64,000 nucleotides of DNA from an uncultured virus (IMG/VR IMGVR_UViG_3300023105_000006) (IMGVR_UViG_3300023105_000006); one strand, 5' to 3'. Counted from the stretch's first letter, positions 27,651-38,069 are shown. Notes: generated by a model from the letters alone, not told the origin. A program made the numbers and translations.

Positions 27651-28589
27651 CTATTTAAATTGAATGTCTCGCATAACTTCAGTAAGACAGGCAACCATAT
27701 TAAGTTCATGATCAGCAACAAAGGCGTCTTTATATTGATAATCAGCCAACAACAAAACCAATTGAGGTATACTATGTGAATCTACATATGTATACATGGA
27801 ATCATACAGACCGCGGAATATAGCTGTAGTGTCCATATCCATATTATCAACGACCCAACGTCTCATGGCCTTAAAGTTTTTATCTTTAAGTATTTTAGTT
27901 AGGTCTCCAAAGTTGCCAGAATTATTATTTGAATTAGGAATACTAAGGTAAGAATTGGTATTAGAATATCGCTGTGCTTCATTTAAAACCCGTCTCCAGT
28001 CTGGTGCGTGTTTCATAATCAGATCAGCTGCCTCTTTCTGATCATATGATATACTTTCCTGTCCTAGTATATATACAAATCGTTTAAAGAACTGACCAGC
28101 AAGTTCAGCCATTTCCTTTTTAGAGGTATTGAATTCATATACACCACAACGGGAATGTAATGGTTCAATGATTCTATTTTTAAAATTACATGTAAGAATA
28201 AATCGACAGTTATTACTAAACTCTTCGATAAATCCCCGCAAGGCAGGTTGTGTAGACTGGGGGTTTAGATAATCAGCCTCGTCGAGGATGACAACCTTAT
28301 AACCACCTTGCAGGGATACAGAAGAGGCAAATTGTTTAATCTTACCACGAAGAGTATCAATGTTGCCCTCTTCTGATCCATTAATAAGAATATAATCAAG
28401 GTCAAGCTCATTGCATAGAGCTTTGGCCACTGTTGTTTTGCCTAAGCCAGCAGTACCGGTGAAAAGCATATTCTGCAATTCACCGGTTGCCACCATATCC
28501 TGAAACGTTTTTTTAAGAGAAGGAGGAAGGATCGTTTCGGATATATTCTTAGGACGATATTTTTCAACCCAAAGAAAATCTTTGCTCAT
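27651..28589 (-). CDS. gp44: Clamp loader large subunit
   Basis: LWVEKYRP, GLGKTT, ILDEADYL, LHSRC. Confidence 0.95.
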   Translation of the reverse strand: MSKDFLWVEKYRPKNISETILPPSLKKTFQDMVATGELQNMLFTGTAGLGKTTVAKALCNELDLDYILINGSEEGNIDTLRGKIKQFASSVSLQGGYKVVILDEADYLNPQSTQPALRGFIEEFSNNCRFILTCNFKNRIIEPLHSRCGVYEFNTSKKEMAELAGQFFKRFVYILGQESISYDQKEAADLIMKHAPDWRRVLNEAQRYSNTNSYLSIPNSNNNSGNFGDLTKILKDKNFKAMRRWVVDNMDMDTTAIFRGLYDSMYTYVDSHSIPQLVLLLADYQYKDAFVADHELNMVACLTEVMRDIQFK

Positions 28590-28606
28590 AATATAAAAAG
28601 GTATCC

Positions 28607-28846
28607 TTATTCAGCTTCAGCAGCTTGATCTTGTTGGTATGTTTCGGACATCTGAATTAGTTGTACGGCTTGATCACGTAGTGTACCAAGTGTAGATAGT
28701 TCTTCACCTTTAACAGCACCACGCTGTACCATAGTATCAATAACCGCGATAGATGAACGGCACACCCGATTGGCAAGATCATATACTGGTGCATGTGATT
28801 CGTGTGCCATTTTTACTTCGTCTTTTTTAGACATATTAGTCTCCAT
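28607..28846 (-). CDS. Hypothetical protein
   Basis: IDTMVQRGAVKGEELSTLG motif; operonic (start probably 28834). Confidence 0.65.
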   Translation of the reverse strand: METNMSKKDEVKMAHESHAPVYDLANRVCRSSIAVIDTMVQRGAVKGEELSTLGTLRDQAVQLIQMSETYQQDQAAEAE

Positions 28847-29510
28847 ATGTTGAATTTTTCTCTAGAGCAACCCAGTAGTTGAGTTTCTCGTCTGAACTTG
28901 TAAATTGTGAAATTAATTTTTTAGATATCTTAACATCATAGCTATCAGATATCATCTTTAGGTTAGAGATGTTAATAATAAATTTGAATGAGTCTTCGTT
29001 GTATCCTCCGTCTACTGAAATAGAATATGAATTGGATGTTGTGTTCTCTGTATCTACTACTGTTAATAGTATAACACCATCATCTGGTTCAATCAACATC
29101 TGAGAATGTCCTAATGACATCGCAGCACGTTTAATATTAGTAAGTGTATCCTGATCTAGAGTAAACCAAACATCAGGATCGGGCATAATAATAGGCTTTT
29201 GTGGGCTTGTCAAGATATCCGTGTCAGAGTAATAATACTTAACAGATGCTCGACCTGCATTACCACCAATCTGCATTGATTGTTCACCAAACTTAACAGA
29301 AGGATTATCCACCAGACTCAATACATTTAGAAATTCATTGAGGTCATAGATACCTAATGTTTGATCAAATGTTTCGTCAACAATCGCTTCTGCTAACACA
29401 TTCTTGGCTTCTGCAATAGTCATAAGTTTGTTACCAGGATTGATAACAATATTACTATTGATTGTACCAAAGTTCTTTAGAACGTTTACCGTATTAGAAC
29501 TGATTTCCAT
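28836..29510 (-). CDS. gp45: Sliding clamp
   Basis: LKNFGTINSNI, GIYDLNEFL, YWVALE; synteny 46-45-44. Confidence 0.93.
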   Translation of the reverse strand: MEISSNTVNVLKNFGTINSNIVINPGNKLMTIAEAKNVLAEAIVDETFDQTLGIYDLNEFLNVLSLVDNPSVKFGEQSMQIGGNAGRASVKYYYSDTDILTSPQKPIIMPDPDVWFTLDQDTLTNIKRAAMSLGHSQMLIEPDDGVILLTVVDTENTTSNSYSISVDGGYNEDSFKFIINISNLKMISDSYDVKISKKLISQFTSSDEKLNYWVALEKNSTYGD

Positions 29511-29512
29511 AA

Positions 29513-31230
29513 TTAATTACCTTTTATCTTACTAAAGTTTTTATCTTTCACTATTTCAAGTTTACGTTCGAATTTACCTTCTAACATCTCACCCTTATGA
29601 GATATAACAAATACATTCGTACTTTCTCCTAAAGTATAAATGATTTTCATGAGATTGTCAATACCGTCATGATCTAAAGATGAATCAAATGTTTCGTCTA
29701 ATATAAGAAGATTAGTCGCAACACTATTTTTCATCTTGGCGATCTGTCTCCAAGTAAACAACAGAGCAAGGTCAATACGTTGCTTCTCACCCTCAGAGAA
29801 TGAATCATAAGAGAAGTTATCTCTAAAACGTGATCTAATTGTTTCTTGGAAAGCTTCGTCCAAATGAAAAGACACAAAGAAGTCTAATATCTGGAGATAT
29901 TGATTACATAGTTTATTTATCACAGGAAGATACTGTTTTACAATTTTTGTTTTGATACCAGTATCTTTTAACATTGTGGACATAATAATATTATAGTTGA
30001 GTTGTTCATTCAATGTTAATTTATTTTCCCATAATAAATTACCAGATAATACAAGCTCATCAAGGTCATCATTAGCCTGATCTATATCTACATTATTATC
30101 CAACTTATCAATCTCTGCTTGTGTTCGATTAATAGCAGATTGAAATTGAGATATAGATTGATTATTGGCATGTATGTGTGCCTGCCATTCTCTACAATCA
30201 TCTAATATAAGATCTAGATTCTTAATACATTCTACATGCTTGGTAATAGAAGTTGAAGCTGTCTCAAGTCTTCCTGTAATTGCTTTGCCTTTTCTTTTCC
30301 TTCCAGGATATGCTCTTGTTTGGTTTCCTCTGTGATGGGTTGGGAACAACTGGGACAAATATCGTTCGACTCAAAAAACTTAACATCTTTGACGAGCTTT
30401 CGGATGTCGTTTTGAAATTTAGTCTCGTAGGCCTGGAGCTCTTTAACTTTAGCTTCCTTCCGGATCTTAGAATCTGTTGTCGGAGATAGTTTATCTTCCA
30501 CGTTGGAGGATAGCTCTGTGTTCGTTGTATTGAGAGTCTCGATCTCATTTCGATGCTCCTCAATGAGTTTGAGCTTCTCTTCTTTCGCTTCCTTGTTAAT
30601 TGCTTTAACGTCACGTATGTATTTCTTTTGGGCCTCGACCTTGGTTTTGTTGACTTCAATCTGGTGTGATACATCTTTTATATTATCCTTTAGCAGAGAT
30701 GTCTTTTCTTTTAGAATACTATTCATTTTAGAAAATACATTAATGTCCAGAAGATCCTCGATGACTTCTCTGCGATTCTGTGCTGAGAGCTGCATGAAAG
30801 GAATGAAGGAGGACGATCCCAACACAACAATCTGATGAAAGCTTTTATGTGTAAGCTTGAGAATGTTCTGCTCGAGGATCTTCTGGTACTCTTTAGCGTG
30901 ACTAGATTGATTCATCATAGTCTCGCCTTTCCAAATCTCAAATACATTTGGCTTAATGCCTCGGACGACCTTAAAGTCTGATCCTAATACATTAAATGTA
31001 ACCTCTACTAAACAACCTTTATTATTAATAGAATTAACTAATTGTGGTTTAGATATATTACGATGCGCCTTTCCGAATAGAGCAAAGGACAAGGCGTCCA
31101 ACATAGTAGACTTACCAGCACCATTCTGGCCCACTACTAATGTTGTTTTGTCTTTTGTAAAGTCTACTTCAGAAAAGTTATTACCTGTAGATAGAAAATT
31201 CTTCCATCTAAGTGTTTTAAATATAATCAT
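29513..31230 (-). CDS. gp46: SbcC/Rad50-like recombination ATPase, split by a -1 frameshift near 30270
   Basis: N-part (30232..31230) has GQNGAGKS and the CPSC hook; C-part (29513..30358) has FSEGEKQR and LILDE. Joined length about 572 aa. Confidence 0.9.
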
Positions 31231-32288
31231 ACTACTTCTAGGGTTTGGGCTTCTACCATCAATTCAGACATTTGATGTTTGATCTTATCTTTATCAAGAT
31301 CTGTATCAACTGCGTCTATATAAGTATAGAGCAATGTAGAGGTATCTTCAACCGATATTTCTTGATCTTCTACATTTTCTCCAAGAAATTCGTTAAAGTT
31401 TTCTGCAATCTTTAGTTCATGGATGTTTCTATTATTAATACGATCTATAAACCTATCAAACATAAATGTATCTGATTTATTGATTACAACAATCTTTACA
31501 AACTTATTTTCAACTTGATCTAGATCATAGCTAGTATAGTCGTTACAAGTATCATCATACCGAATACGGTGGAAGATAGTATGAGGGTTGCGCACAGGAG
31601 TAAGAACCCGTAGATCCGTATCCAAGACGTGAAAGTATTTATTATCGTGTGCATCATTCCAAAAGAACTCCATTTGTGATCCAAGATATTCAATATTATC
31701 TTGAGATGATTTATGATGAAAATGACCTGAAATGACTTTCTCAAATCGTTTAAATATAGATCGATCCAATCCATGAGGAGATGGCTGACCTGCAAACATT
31801 TCATATCCGGTGATTTCAAAATGACCACCTACCCAATCAGCTTTACAATTATTAATAAAGTCTAGAGATTCTTTTTCATTCTCTGGGCATATCCATGGAA
31901 CCATTGCCATCTGCATACCATCATAATCCATTACGGTTGGAGATTGAATAATGTTAATCTCATTCATATAATGGCCAAGTAATTCTTTTAGGCTGTTAAG
32001 TTCATTTGTATTCTTATAGTATGTGTCATGGTTACCATAAATGATATCCATGGTTATACCTAACTCTCTAAGCGGTTTAAGGAAATGATTACGGTTACGG
32101 TGAAGAGCGCGGAAGTTAATAAATTTCCGGTTATCATAGTAGTCACCAAGGTGAATGATATGGCTAATATTATGTTCCAAAAGATAAGGAAAAAATACAT
32201 CGCTATAAAATTTCTCTGCGTTATCGAGAAATATGTCGCTGCTATTGCGAATGCCACAATGAGTGTCATTGATAATTGCTACTTTCAT
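31227..32288 (-). CDS. gp47: SbcD/Mre11-like nuclease
   Basis: DTHCG, HLGDYYD, GNHD, GHFE, SGHFH; start at MKVAII. Confidence 0.93.
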   Translation of the reverse strand: MKVAIINDTHCGIRNSSDIFLDNAEKFYSDVFFPYLLEHNISHIIHLGDYYDNRKFINFRALHRNRNHFLKPLRELGITMDIIYGNHDTYYKNTNELNSLKELLGHYMNEINIIQSPTVMDYDGMQMAMVPWICPENEKESLDFINNCKADWVGGHFEITGYEMFAGQPSPHGLDRSIFKRFEKVISGHFHHKSSQDNIEYLGSQMEFFWNDAHDNKYFHVLDTDLRVLTPVRNPHTIFHRIRYDDTCNDYTSYDLDQVENKFVKIVVINKSDTFMFDRFIDRINNRNIHELKIAENFNEFLGENVEDQEISVEDTSTLLYTYIDAVDTDLDKDKIKHQMSELMVEAQTLEVV

Positions 32289-32637
32289 TAAATTGCTTTC
32301 TAATATTTGTCGCTGAGATTTTATGAATCTCTTCACCTAAATCATGTTCTGTAATAGTATAACCCACATTTCTGCCAAAGGCAATATCTATAATGTTAGG
32401 AACATCATTTATTTCGTAATCCTTTCCATATACATATCCCTCTGCTTTAAGTGCATTTGTAATAAAAAGTCTTACATCATGATAATCAAATGGGTTTTGA
32501 TCATCTCTAGGCATTTTCCTAACCTGAATTATTACTTGACCAGTTTTTTGAAAAGCTCTTTTAAAAAGTTCGGTGTGACCTCTATGCCACGGCTGCCAGC
32601 GACCGAGTAACTGTACAGTAGGTTTGGATCTATCCAT
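32266..32637 (-). CDS. HxGH nucleotidyltransferase (cytidylyltransferase-like)
   Basis: LLGRWQPWHRGH, ISATNIR. Confidence 0.8.
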   Translation of the reverse strand: MDRSKPTVQLLGRWQPWHRGHTELFKRAFQKTGQVIIQVRKMPRDDQNPFDYHDVRLFITNALKAEGYVYGKDYEINDVPNIIDIAFGRNVGYTITEHDLGEEIHKISATNIRKQFNESSNYQ

Positions 32638-32993
32638 CTATCAATCCTTACATCATAAATCTCAGGTTCTTCAAATATTTTATTTGTATCATCATATTTA
32701 CTTTTTTTAATAGTATCCATCCATATTGTAAAATCAGCATCGAAAATATAACGAGTAAGATCAGTAGGACAAACAAAATCGCATATTACAATACGTCCAC
32801 AACCTTTTTCGTAGTCGGCAAGGTTGGCCATTCTACGAGCCTGTCTTATTCTTCCCTCTTCAGAAAAGTCCCAGTCTTGAGTTGTTTTACGAATATCATC
32901 AGCGTCAAACCTGGCACAGTTTAACCCAACCGATAGTTCTCTAGAAATCTTAGACTTACCACTACCTGGTAACCCCATCACTAATATTTTCAC
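32532..32993 (-). CDS. Adenylylsulfate-kinase-like P-loop kinase
   Basis: GLPGSGKS, DADDIR, DFSEEGRIRQARR, ICDFVCP, FEEP. Confidence 0.75.
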   Translation of the reverse strand: MKILVMGLPGSGKSKISRELSVGLNCARFDADDIRKTTQDWDFSEEGRIRQARRMANLADYEKGCGRIVICDFVCPTDLTRYIFDADFTIWMDTIKKSKYDDTNKIFEEPEIYDVRIDRWIDPNLLYSYSVAGSRGIEVTPNFLKELFKKLVK

Positions 32994-33717
32994 TGAATAT
33001 ATCTTTCTCTGGTTTCCATCCTAGATCATATAAGTATTGTACATCCGCTTGTGTCTTTACTCTTTCTCCAATAGGATTTTCATGACGAATCTCACCTTTC
33101 CAGCCAAATACTTCTTCGGCCATCTCTAATACATTAAAGGTTGAACCAGTACCAATATCTAATACTTTCTTATCTATTTTATCCCAATTATTTAAAATAG
33201 TCAAGATGGCATTACAAAGATCATCAACGTGAATCCAATCCCTATAATGATTAGCATTGATATATTCTACTTCATTTCTCATTAACTTTTTATAGAGCAT
33301 ATCATCACGTCCAGGCCATACAGTATGGAATCTCATACCCTTAGCATTATAATGTTCTTCACCCATTACTTCACACATCTTCTTAGTAGCTGCATATGGA
33401 TTACCATACCATTCATAAGCATTAGAGGAAGAAGCATATAAATGTTTGATACAAACAGTTGATGCAAAGTTTAAAGCATTACGGGTGCCGTTTACATTAT
33501 GATCATAATATTCTTCTGGAATATCAAACGATCTACGAACTCCTGGTATAGCAGCTAGATGAATTAAAGCATCCCAAAATGTATCGGTATAAAAAGCCCA
33601 CCGATCCCATTCACGAATGTCTCCCTGAAAATGTTGAACATCGTGGCCTTCCATCCTTAAGTAAAGAGAAAGAGATGATCCAACACATCCCTCCCATCCT
33701 GTCAATAATATTTTCAT
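32962..33717 (-). CDS. NAD-dependent nucleotide-sugar epimerase/dehydratase
   Basis: TGWEGCVG, IHLAAIPGVRRS, YASSS, YAATK, RDWIHVDD. Confidence 0.88.
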   Translation of the reverse strand: MKILLTGWEGCVGSSLSLYLRMEGHDVQHFQGDIREWDRWAFYTDTFWDALIHLAAIPGVRRSFDIPEEYYDHNVNGTRNALNFASTVCIKHLYASSSNAYEWYGNPYAATKKMCEVMGEEHYNAKGMRFHTVWPGRDDMLYKKLMRNEVEYINANHYRDWIHVDDLCNAILTILNNWDKIDKKVLDIGTGSTFNVLEMAEEVFGWKGEIRHENPIGERVKTQADVQYLYDLGWKPEKDIFSENISDGVTR

Positions 33718-34319
33718 AAAAAGTCTCTTAAATCAGAATCAACGATCTTGGTTCTAGTAAGTTTCTTCTGTTGCTTTTCTTTTTCAGCAAATACTTTGAA
33801 CTCATCATCTTTTTCTTTTACTTTGTCAATACGGTCTTTTAAAGTATCAACAAAGGCCTGAACTACAGCATTAGACTGTGTATCACCATTAGAAATAATA
33901 TACTCCTCAATACCTGAAGAGGTCATATATTTTAATTTAATGTCTTGTTGTTTCTTTTCTTTTGCAATACGACGAAGAAAAGCATACCATGAGATTTGTG
34001 TAAAGTATGCAAATGCATTTGGATTACCAGTTCTTGTAGCAGCCTCAACATTATAGTTTTCAATAGCTTTGAGACAATTCTCTACAGCATCCATTACCAT
34101 CTCTTCACGATATGTATATCTAATGAAGTTAGATTTGTGTGATAGACCTTCCGCGATCTTTAGAAAGCATGAAGCGATATAATCAGGCACAATTGGTAAT
34201 GGTTCTTCTTTTTGTTTAGCTTCCGCCAAATCACCACAATAGTCGACTACGGCTTGAGAGAATTCTTTATTGTTAACGTAATGTATATTTTTTCTTTTAC
34301 TCATAATATGATCCTTCAC
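33714..34319 (-). CDS. gp55: Late-transcription sigma factor
   Basis: HYVNNKEF, IAEGLSHKSNFIRYTYREEMVMDAVENC, NAFAYFTQI. Confidence 0.95.
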   Translation of the reverse strand: MKDHIMSKRKNIHYVNNKEFSQAVVDYCGDLAEAKQKEEPLPIVPDYIASCFLKIAEGLSHKSNFIRYTYREEMVMDAVENCLKAIENYNVEAATRTGNPNAFAYFTQISWYAFLRRIAKEKKQQDIKLKYMTSSGIEEYIISNGDTQSNAVVQAFVDTLKDRIDKVKEKDDEFKVFAEKEKQQKKLTRTKIVDSDLRDFL

Positions 34320-34320
34320 A

Positions 34321-34357
34321 TTACTATTAATATAGTATAAATTTTATATAAATTCAA
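34321..34357 (-). promoter_or_regulatory. Sigma70-type promoter for gp55
   Basis: TTGAAT-17nt-TATATT-AATAGTAA. Confidence 0.6.
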
Positions 34358-34383
34358 CGGCGAATTTATTTTTATTTAGGGGG

Positions 34384-34412
34384 TTGATAGATCCTGCAAA
34401 CCGGGTTATAAT
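34384..34412 (+). promoter_or_regulatory. Divergent plus-strand sigma70 promoter with no downstream ORF
   Basis: TTGATA-17nt-TATAAT followed by G-rich GAGGGTTTTGAGGAGGGGGG. Confidence 0.55.
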
Positions 34413-34442
34413 TAATAGAGGGTTTTGAGGAGGGGGGATATA

Positions 34443-34886
34443 CTAGTGTAATTTCTTGGGGTCGCCACGTGGAAACATCAAGATATTAGCATAATCTGAA
34501 TCCTCGTGCGCATATGAAATTTCTTCTACCTGAGCTCTCATTTTAGCTATATGCTCTTCTATCTTCGCAGCGATTTCTTCTTCTGTTAAGTTTGCATTCT
34601 TTACAGCTTCCATATAATTAGCAATTACTTTAGCCGTAGGATTTGCTTCGGATATAATATGATTAATATTAAGGGTCATAAACATTTCATCACCCTCTTG
34701 CATCATCATCCAAGGTTTAAAATGATAATACCTTACACCCTTAGTATCATCATCATATACATTTAATTTAAGAGCTCTTCTAATGACTAGGTCAGAGTGC
34801 TCTTCATCAGACCATTCAACTACCTCACAAATGACTTCTTCGCCATTGCTTAATTTAAATTGTTTTATGTTTGTGAGTTCAGTCAT
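34443..34886 (-). CDS. Conserved hypothetical protein (Sm-like fold candidate)
   Basis: QFKLSNGEEVICEV...FKPWM; between uvsW and gp55. Confidence 0.7.
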   Translation of the reverse strand: MTELTNIKQFKLSNGEEVICEVVEWSDEEHSDLVIRRALKLNVYDDDTKGVRYYHFKPWMMMQEGDEMFMTLNINHIISEANPTAKVIANYMEAVKNANLTEEEIAAKIEEHIAKMRAQVEEISYAHEDSDYANILMFPRGDPKKLH

Positions 34887-36369
34887 TAATATCTACCTTA
34901 ACAATTTTATATTTGAATTGCTCTTTTTCATAAATCTTAACCCTTAAAGCACCATGAACCAAAGTATAATTTTTTCTGGACTTCCAATGCAGGTCATCAG
35001 TCAGGTCGTAGAGTGTTGTGATTCTTCCGTCATCGGATTGGCGTAACCCTCTTCCGATACTCTGTAGGACCTTAATTTGAGACTTTGATGGGCTAGCAAA
35101 GATGATATTGTGCAGATTCCGAATATTAATACCAGTACTAAAGGTACCAAGACTTGCAACAATAATAGCATTTTTTTGTTTCTCCACGATTCTTCTAATA
35201 GCTTCTCTATCAGATGTTGCTACTTCACCGCTAACGAAAAATACCTTTCGATCCTTCTCTACCTTATTATTTATCAAATCATAGAGAGGTTTTCCATGAG
35301 CGTCCACACGATTAAATAAGACGAGAGTATTTCCCTTAGCATCCAAAGCGAGATTGCGAATGAGCCTATTACGAGTATCATTTCCAATAATGAAGTCAAT
35401 CTCTTCCTGGTATGTCTTCTTTCCAAAATCTTTCCTCGTTTGTTCTGAGTAGTTCAATAAAAGAACATTAATGTCTAGTGGTGCTAGAGTTCCATCATCC
35501 TGAAGATCTTTTGTTTTGGTAACATGATATACTGGACCAAATAAACCTTCTAACATTAATCTGTGTGTTAGGGTACCATCTAGTGTACCTGTGAATCCAT
35601 ATCTATATTTAGCCTCGGTTGCTTTGTTCATAATTGACGACAGAGACTTGGACTTAAAACCATGACACTCATCCCCAAGTATCATACCAAATTGTTCAAA
35701 CCATTTTCTTGGAAGTTTGTAGATAGATTGCCATGTACTAATAATAATAGATTTATTTGTTACTTTATCTTTACCCGAATATATTCTATGAATACCTTCT
35801 GGGTCTTGACCATAGTCAATAAAGTCTTGATACATTTGTTCTACTAATGAGGTAGTAGGTACAATAACTAGTACTCTACTTGCTTTTGGACCATCTGCAA
35901 TATGCTGAAGCCAATATTTCATCATGAGATAAATAATAAATGACTTCCCAGAACCCGTAGGAGATAATAGAATTGCTCGACTTCTTGTTAGGGCTGTTTC
36001 AAACGCATCGTATTGATATTCTCGAGGCTGAAATGGAAGCTTTGCGTCAGCTAGTAAATCAGACACATATTGAAGAGGCTCTCGAGGAGGAATCGGAAAT
36101 CCATATTGATCCGACTCTTCAGTGTCAACAGAATACCCTCGCTCAGCTGCAAACTTTAACAAATACGTATATAGCCCAGCAGAGAGCTCTCCATTCATGC
36201 GATTGAATAATCGTATCTTACCATCCCATACTCTGTTCTTATAGGCTGGCATAAATTTATAACCAGGTACATAAAAAGAAAAGTAGTCGGATAGTTCAGC
36301 ACCTAGTCCGGCTTCACAATCTACTAACAACATACTATAATCTTTTAATGTACAAACAATATCAGGCAT
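34879..36369 (-). CDS. uvsW: SF2 DNA helicase
   Basis: SPTGSGKS, STWQS, GDECH, GFTGT, FSTGINI, QSIGRGLR. Confidence 0.95.
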   Translation of the reverse strand: MPDIVCTLKDYSMLLVDCEAGLGAELSDYFSFYVPGYKFMPAYKNRVWDGKIRLFNRMNGELSAGLYTYLLKFAAERGYSVDTEESDQYGFPIPPREPLQYVSDLLADAKLPFQPREYQYDAFETALTRSRAILLSPTGSGKSFIIYLMMKYWLQHIADGPKASRVLVIVPTTSLVEQMYQDFIDYGQDPEGIHRIYSGKDKVTNKSIIISTWQSIYKLPRKWFEQFGMILGDECHGFKSKSLSSIMNKATEAKYRYGFTGTLDGTLTHRLMLEGLFGPVYHVTKTKDLQDDGTLAPLDINVLLLNYSEQTRKDFGKKTYQEEIDFIIGNDTRNRLIRNLALDAKGNTLVLFNRVDAHGKPLYDLINNKVEKDRKVFFVSGEVATSDREAIRRIVEKQKNAIIVASLGTFSTGINIRNLHNIIFASPSKSQIKVLQSIGRGLRQSDDGRITTLYDLTDDLHWKSRKNYTLVHGALRVKIYEKEQFKYKIVKVDIND

Positions 36370-37036
36370 TCTTTAAATTCTTATATTTCTTTCTCACGTC
36401 AATAAAATGTGGTAGGTAATCAAAAGTATTTACCTTAAATATTTGGGGCTCGGAATGATCAACCGTAATAAGTATAACACCTTGTTTAATGGGTATACCA
36501 GTTCTCTCATAGAAGGCAGCTGCATAGAATGAAGCCTGAATAAAATAATTTGTGATCCATTCTACTTTCTTTGGTTTGCGTGATGTCTTAAAATCAATAA
36601 TAGATAATTGACCATCAAACTCTGCAATACAATCCACTTGCCCTGCACATTCTAATTTATCACTATAGAGATACTCTTCTTGAAACCATACATTATTGAT
36701 ACGTTCATCAATAATTGATTTTAGATGACTAAAAGAAAAAAGATTGTTTGGCATAACATCTTTATCCCAATCAGGTTCATTGTTGAGATAATCTTCTGCC
36801 AGCTTATGTACAGCTGTACCTCTTGTAGATGCCTGAAGAGAAATTTTATTGGCTTCTTCTTCACCTACTCTTTTACGCCATTTGATAATACTATCCTTAC
36901 TAAGAATACTACAAACTGTTGTAATAGATGGATAGGCTTTTCCACTTGGTGTGAAATACTTCCTACCCTTCTTTGTAGTCTTCCTTGTTATCTTAGGAAG
37001 AGTAATACCATGATCTACATGATTAAACATAATCAA
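36362..37036 (-). CDS. PD-(D/E)xK exonuclease (Cas4/RecB-like)
   Basis: YPSITT, RGTAVH, AGQVDCI, IIDFKTS, YFIQ. Confidence 0.85.
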   Translation of the reverse strand: MIMFNHVDHGITLPKITRKTTKKGRKYFTPSGKAYPSITTVCSILSKDSIIKWRKRVGEEEANKISLQASTRGTAVHKLAEDYLNNEPDWDKDVMPNNLFSFSHLKSIIDERINNVWFQEEYLYSDKLECAGQVDCIAEFDGQLSIIDFKTSRKPKKVEWITNYFIQASFYAAAFYERTGIPIKQGVILITVDHSEPQIFKVNTFDYLPHFIDVRKKYKNLKNA

Positions 37037-37473
37037 CCACCTGCTTCAAATGTCTTCCATCTAATTATATTACTGATAGTCTGGTGTCGCCAATTAAGGT
37101 TATTGACTATCTCAGTTAATGTTTCTACAATGGTTTTCCAATACTCAATCTTTTCTACAGACTGTTGTATTTCAATATCACTATCATAGTAATAATCCAT
37201 TTCACCTTTCATAATTTTGAGTCCATCAAGTGGATCAAAATCCCAGCCCAGCTCTTTCATTCTCTCTTCTGACATCTTACCATTATACCAAAGCCATTTG
37301 TCTTTGAGTAATAACTTCTGTTGGATCTCAGCTCTTTTCTTGGCCAGCTTGGCTTCTGATAACCATTGAAGGTATTTGGCATGTAGGGTAGGTGTGGCTC
37401 GTGATGTTTCGTCCAGTGCCGAACCAATAACACTATCTTTTTTCCATTCGTCAAGAATAGTTTTTAAGTCCAT
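37033..37473 (-). CDS. uvsY: Recombination mediator
   Basis: LHAKYL, KWLWYNGK, YYDSD; synteny with uvsW. Confidence 0.85.
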   Translation of the reverse strand: MDLKTILDEWKKDSVIGSALDETSRATPTLHAKYLQWLSEAKLAKKRAEIQQKLLLKDKWLWYNGKMSEERMKELGWDFDPLDGLKIMKGEMDYYYDSDIEIQQSVEKIEYWKTIVETLTEIVNNLNWRHQTISNIIRWKTFEAGG

Positions 37474-37499
37474 AATATATCCTCATAATATAAAATTAT

Positions 37500-38042
37500 T
37501 TAGCGTAGTTCAAAATGTGAGAATCTAAAGCTACAGGGAAATACAATGTATTGTACATCTCCACTAGTAGATTCTAAAGCCATGTCACCCACAGATGTTG
37601 GAATACAATCAATATATTTAATTGTTCTGGATGTGTTGTTGTGGCTACTTAATATCAATAATGTGATATCACAATAAGTAGGTACCTTTGAAGATCTTCT
37701 GTCTGTAGCAGAGATTTCATTCTCTTCTACTAATCTATTGGCCCAATTATACATTTCTGTATATGAGTTAAGATCTTCGTCTACAATTACCATTGTAGTA
37801 AGTTCACCATATGTAAGTTTATCTGCAGCGAAAGGTACACCAGATACTCTCTTGTATGGTACCTCTACGGGATTAACTGATACATTAGGATGCAATACGG
37901 ATTGAGCAAAAAATTCTAAGTTGGGATAGTTCTTGCGATCCACCACTAACTTAAAAGCAGAAGGCTGTAAAAGATTGAGGTTGCTTAGACCAGAACCTTG
38001 TGTATCCATTTCTACTGATATTGAAGGATTTAATGTAGGCAT
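37500..38042 (-). CDS. gp3: Tail tube terminator/completion protein
   Basis: NLLQPSAF, FFAQSV, DEDLNSYTEMYNW; late promoter at 38070-38077. Confidence 0.8.
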   Translation of the reverse strand: MPTLNPSISVEMDTQGSGLSNLNLLQPSAFKLVVDRKNYPNLEFFAQSVLHPNVSVNPVEVPYKRVSGVPFAADKLTYGELTTMVIVDEDLNSYTEMYNWANRLVEENEISATDRRSSKVPTYCDITLLILSSHNNTSRTIKYIDCIPTSVGDMALESTSGDVQYIVFPCSFRFSHFELR

Positions 38043-38069
38043 ATTACTTTCCGGTAATTATTATACCTA

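Noticed and set aside
30264..30674. 136-aa third-frame ORF inside gp46
   Set aside because: Lies wholly within the gp46 coiled-coil coding region with no recognisable motif or RBS; likely a shadow ORF.
32532..32637. Frameshifted kinase-nucleotidyltransferase fusion
   Set aside because: The downstream ORF has its own ATG with an AAGGA RBS; two overlapping genes is the simpler reading.
36362..37036. Cas4 as part of a CRISPR system
   Set aside because: Stand-alone PD-(D/E)xK exonuclease common in T4-like phages; lacks the Fe-S Cys set and any array.
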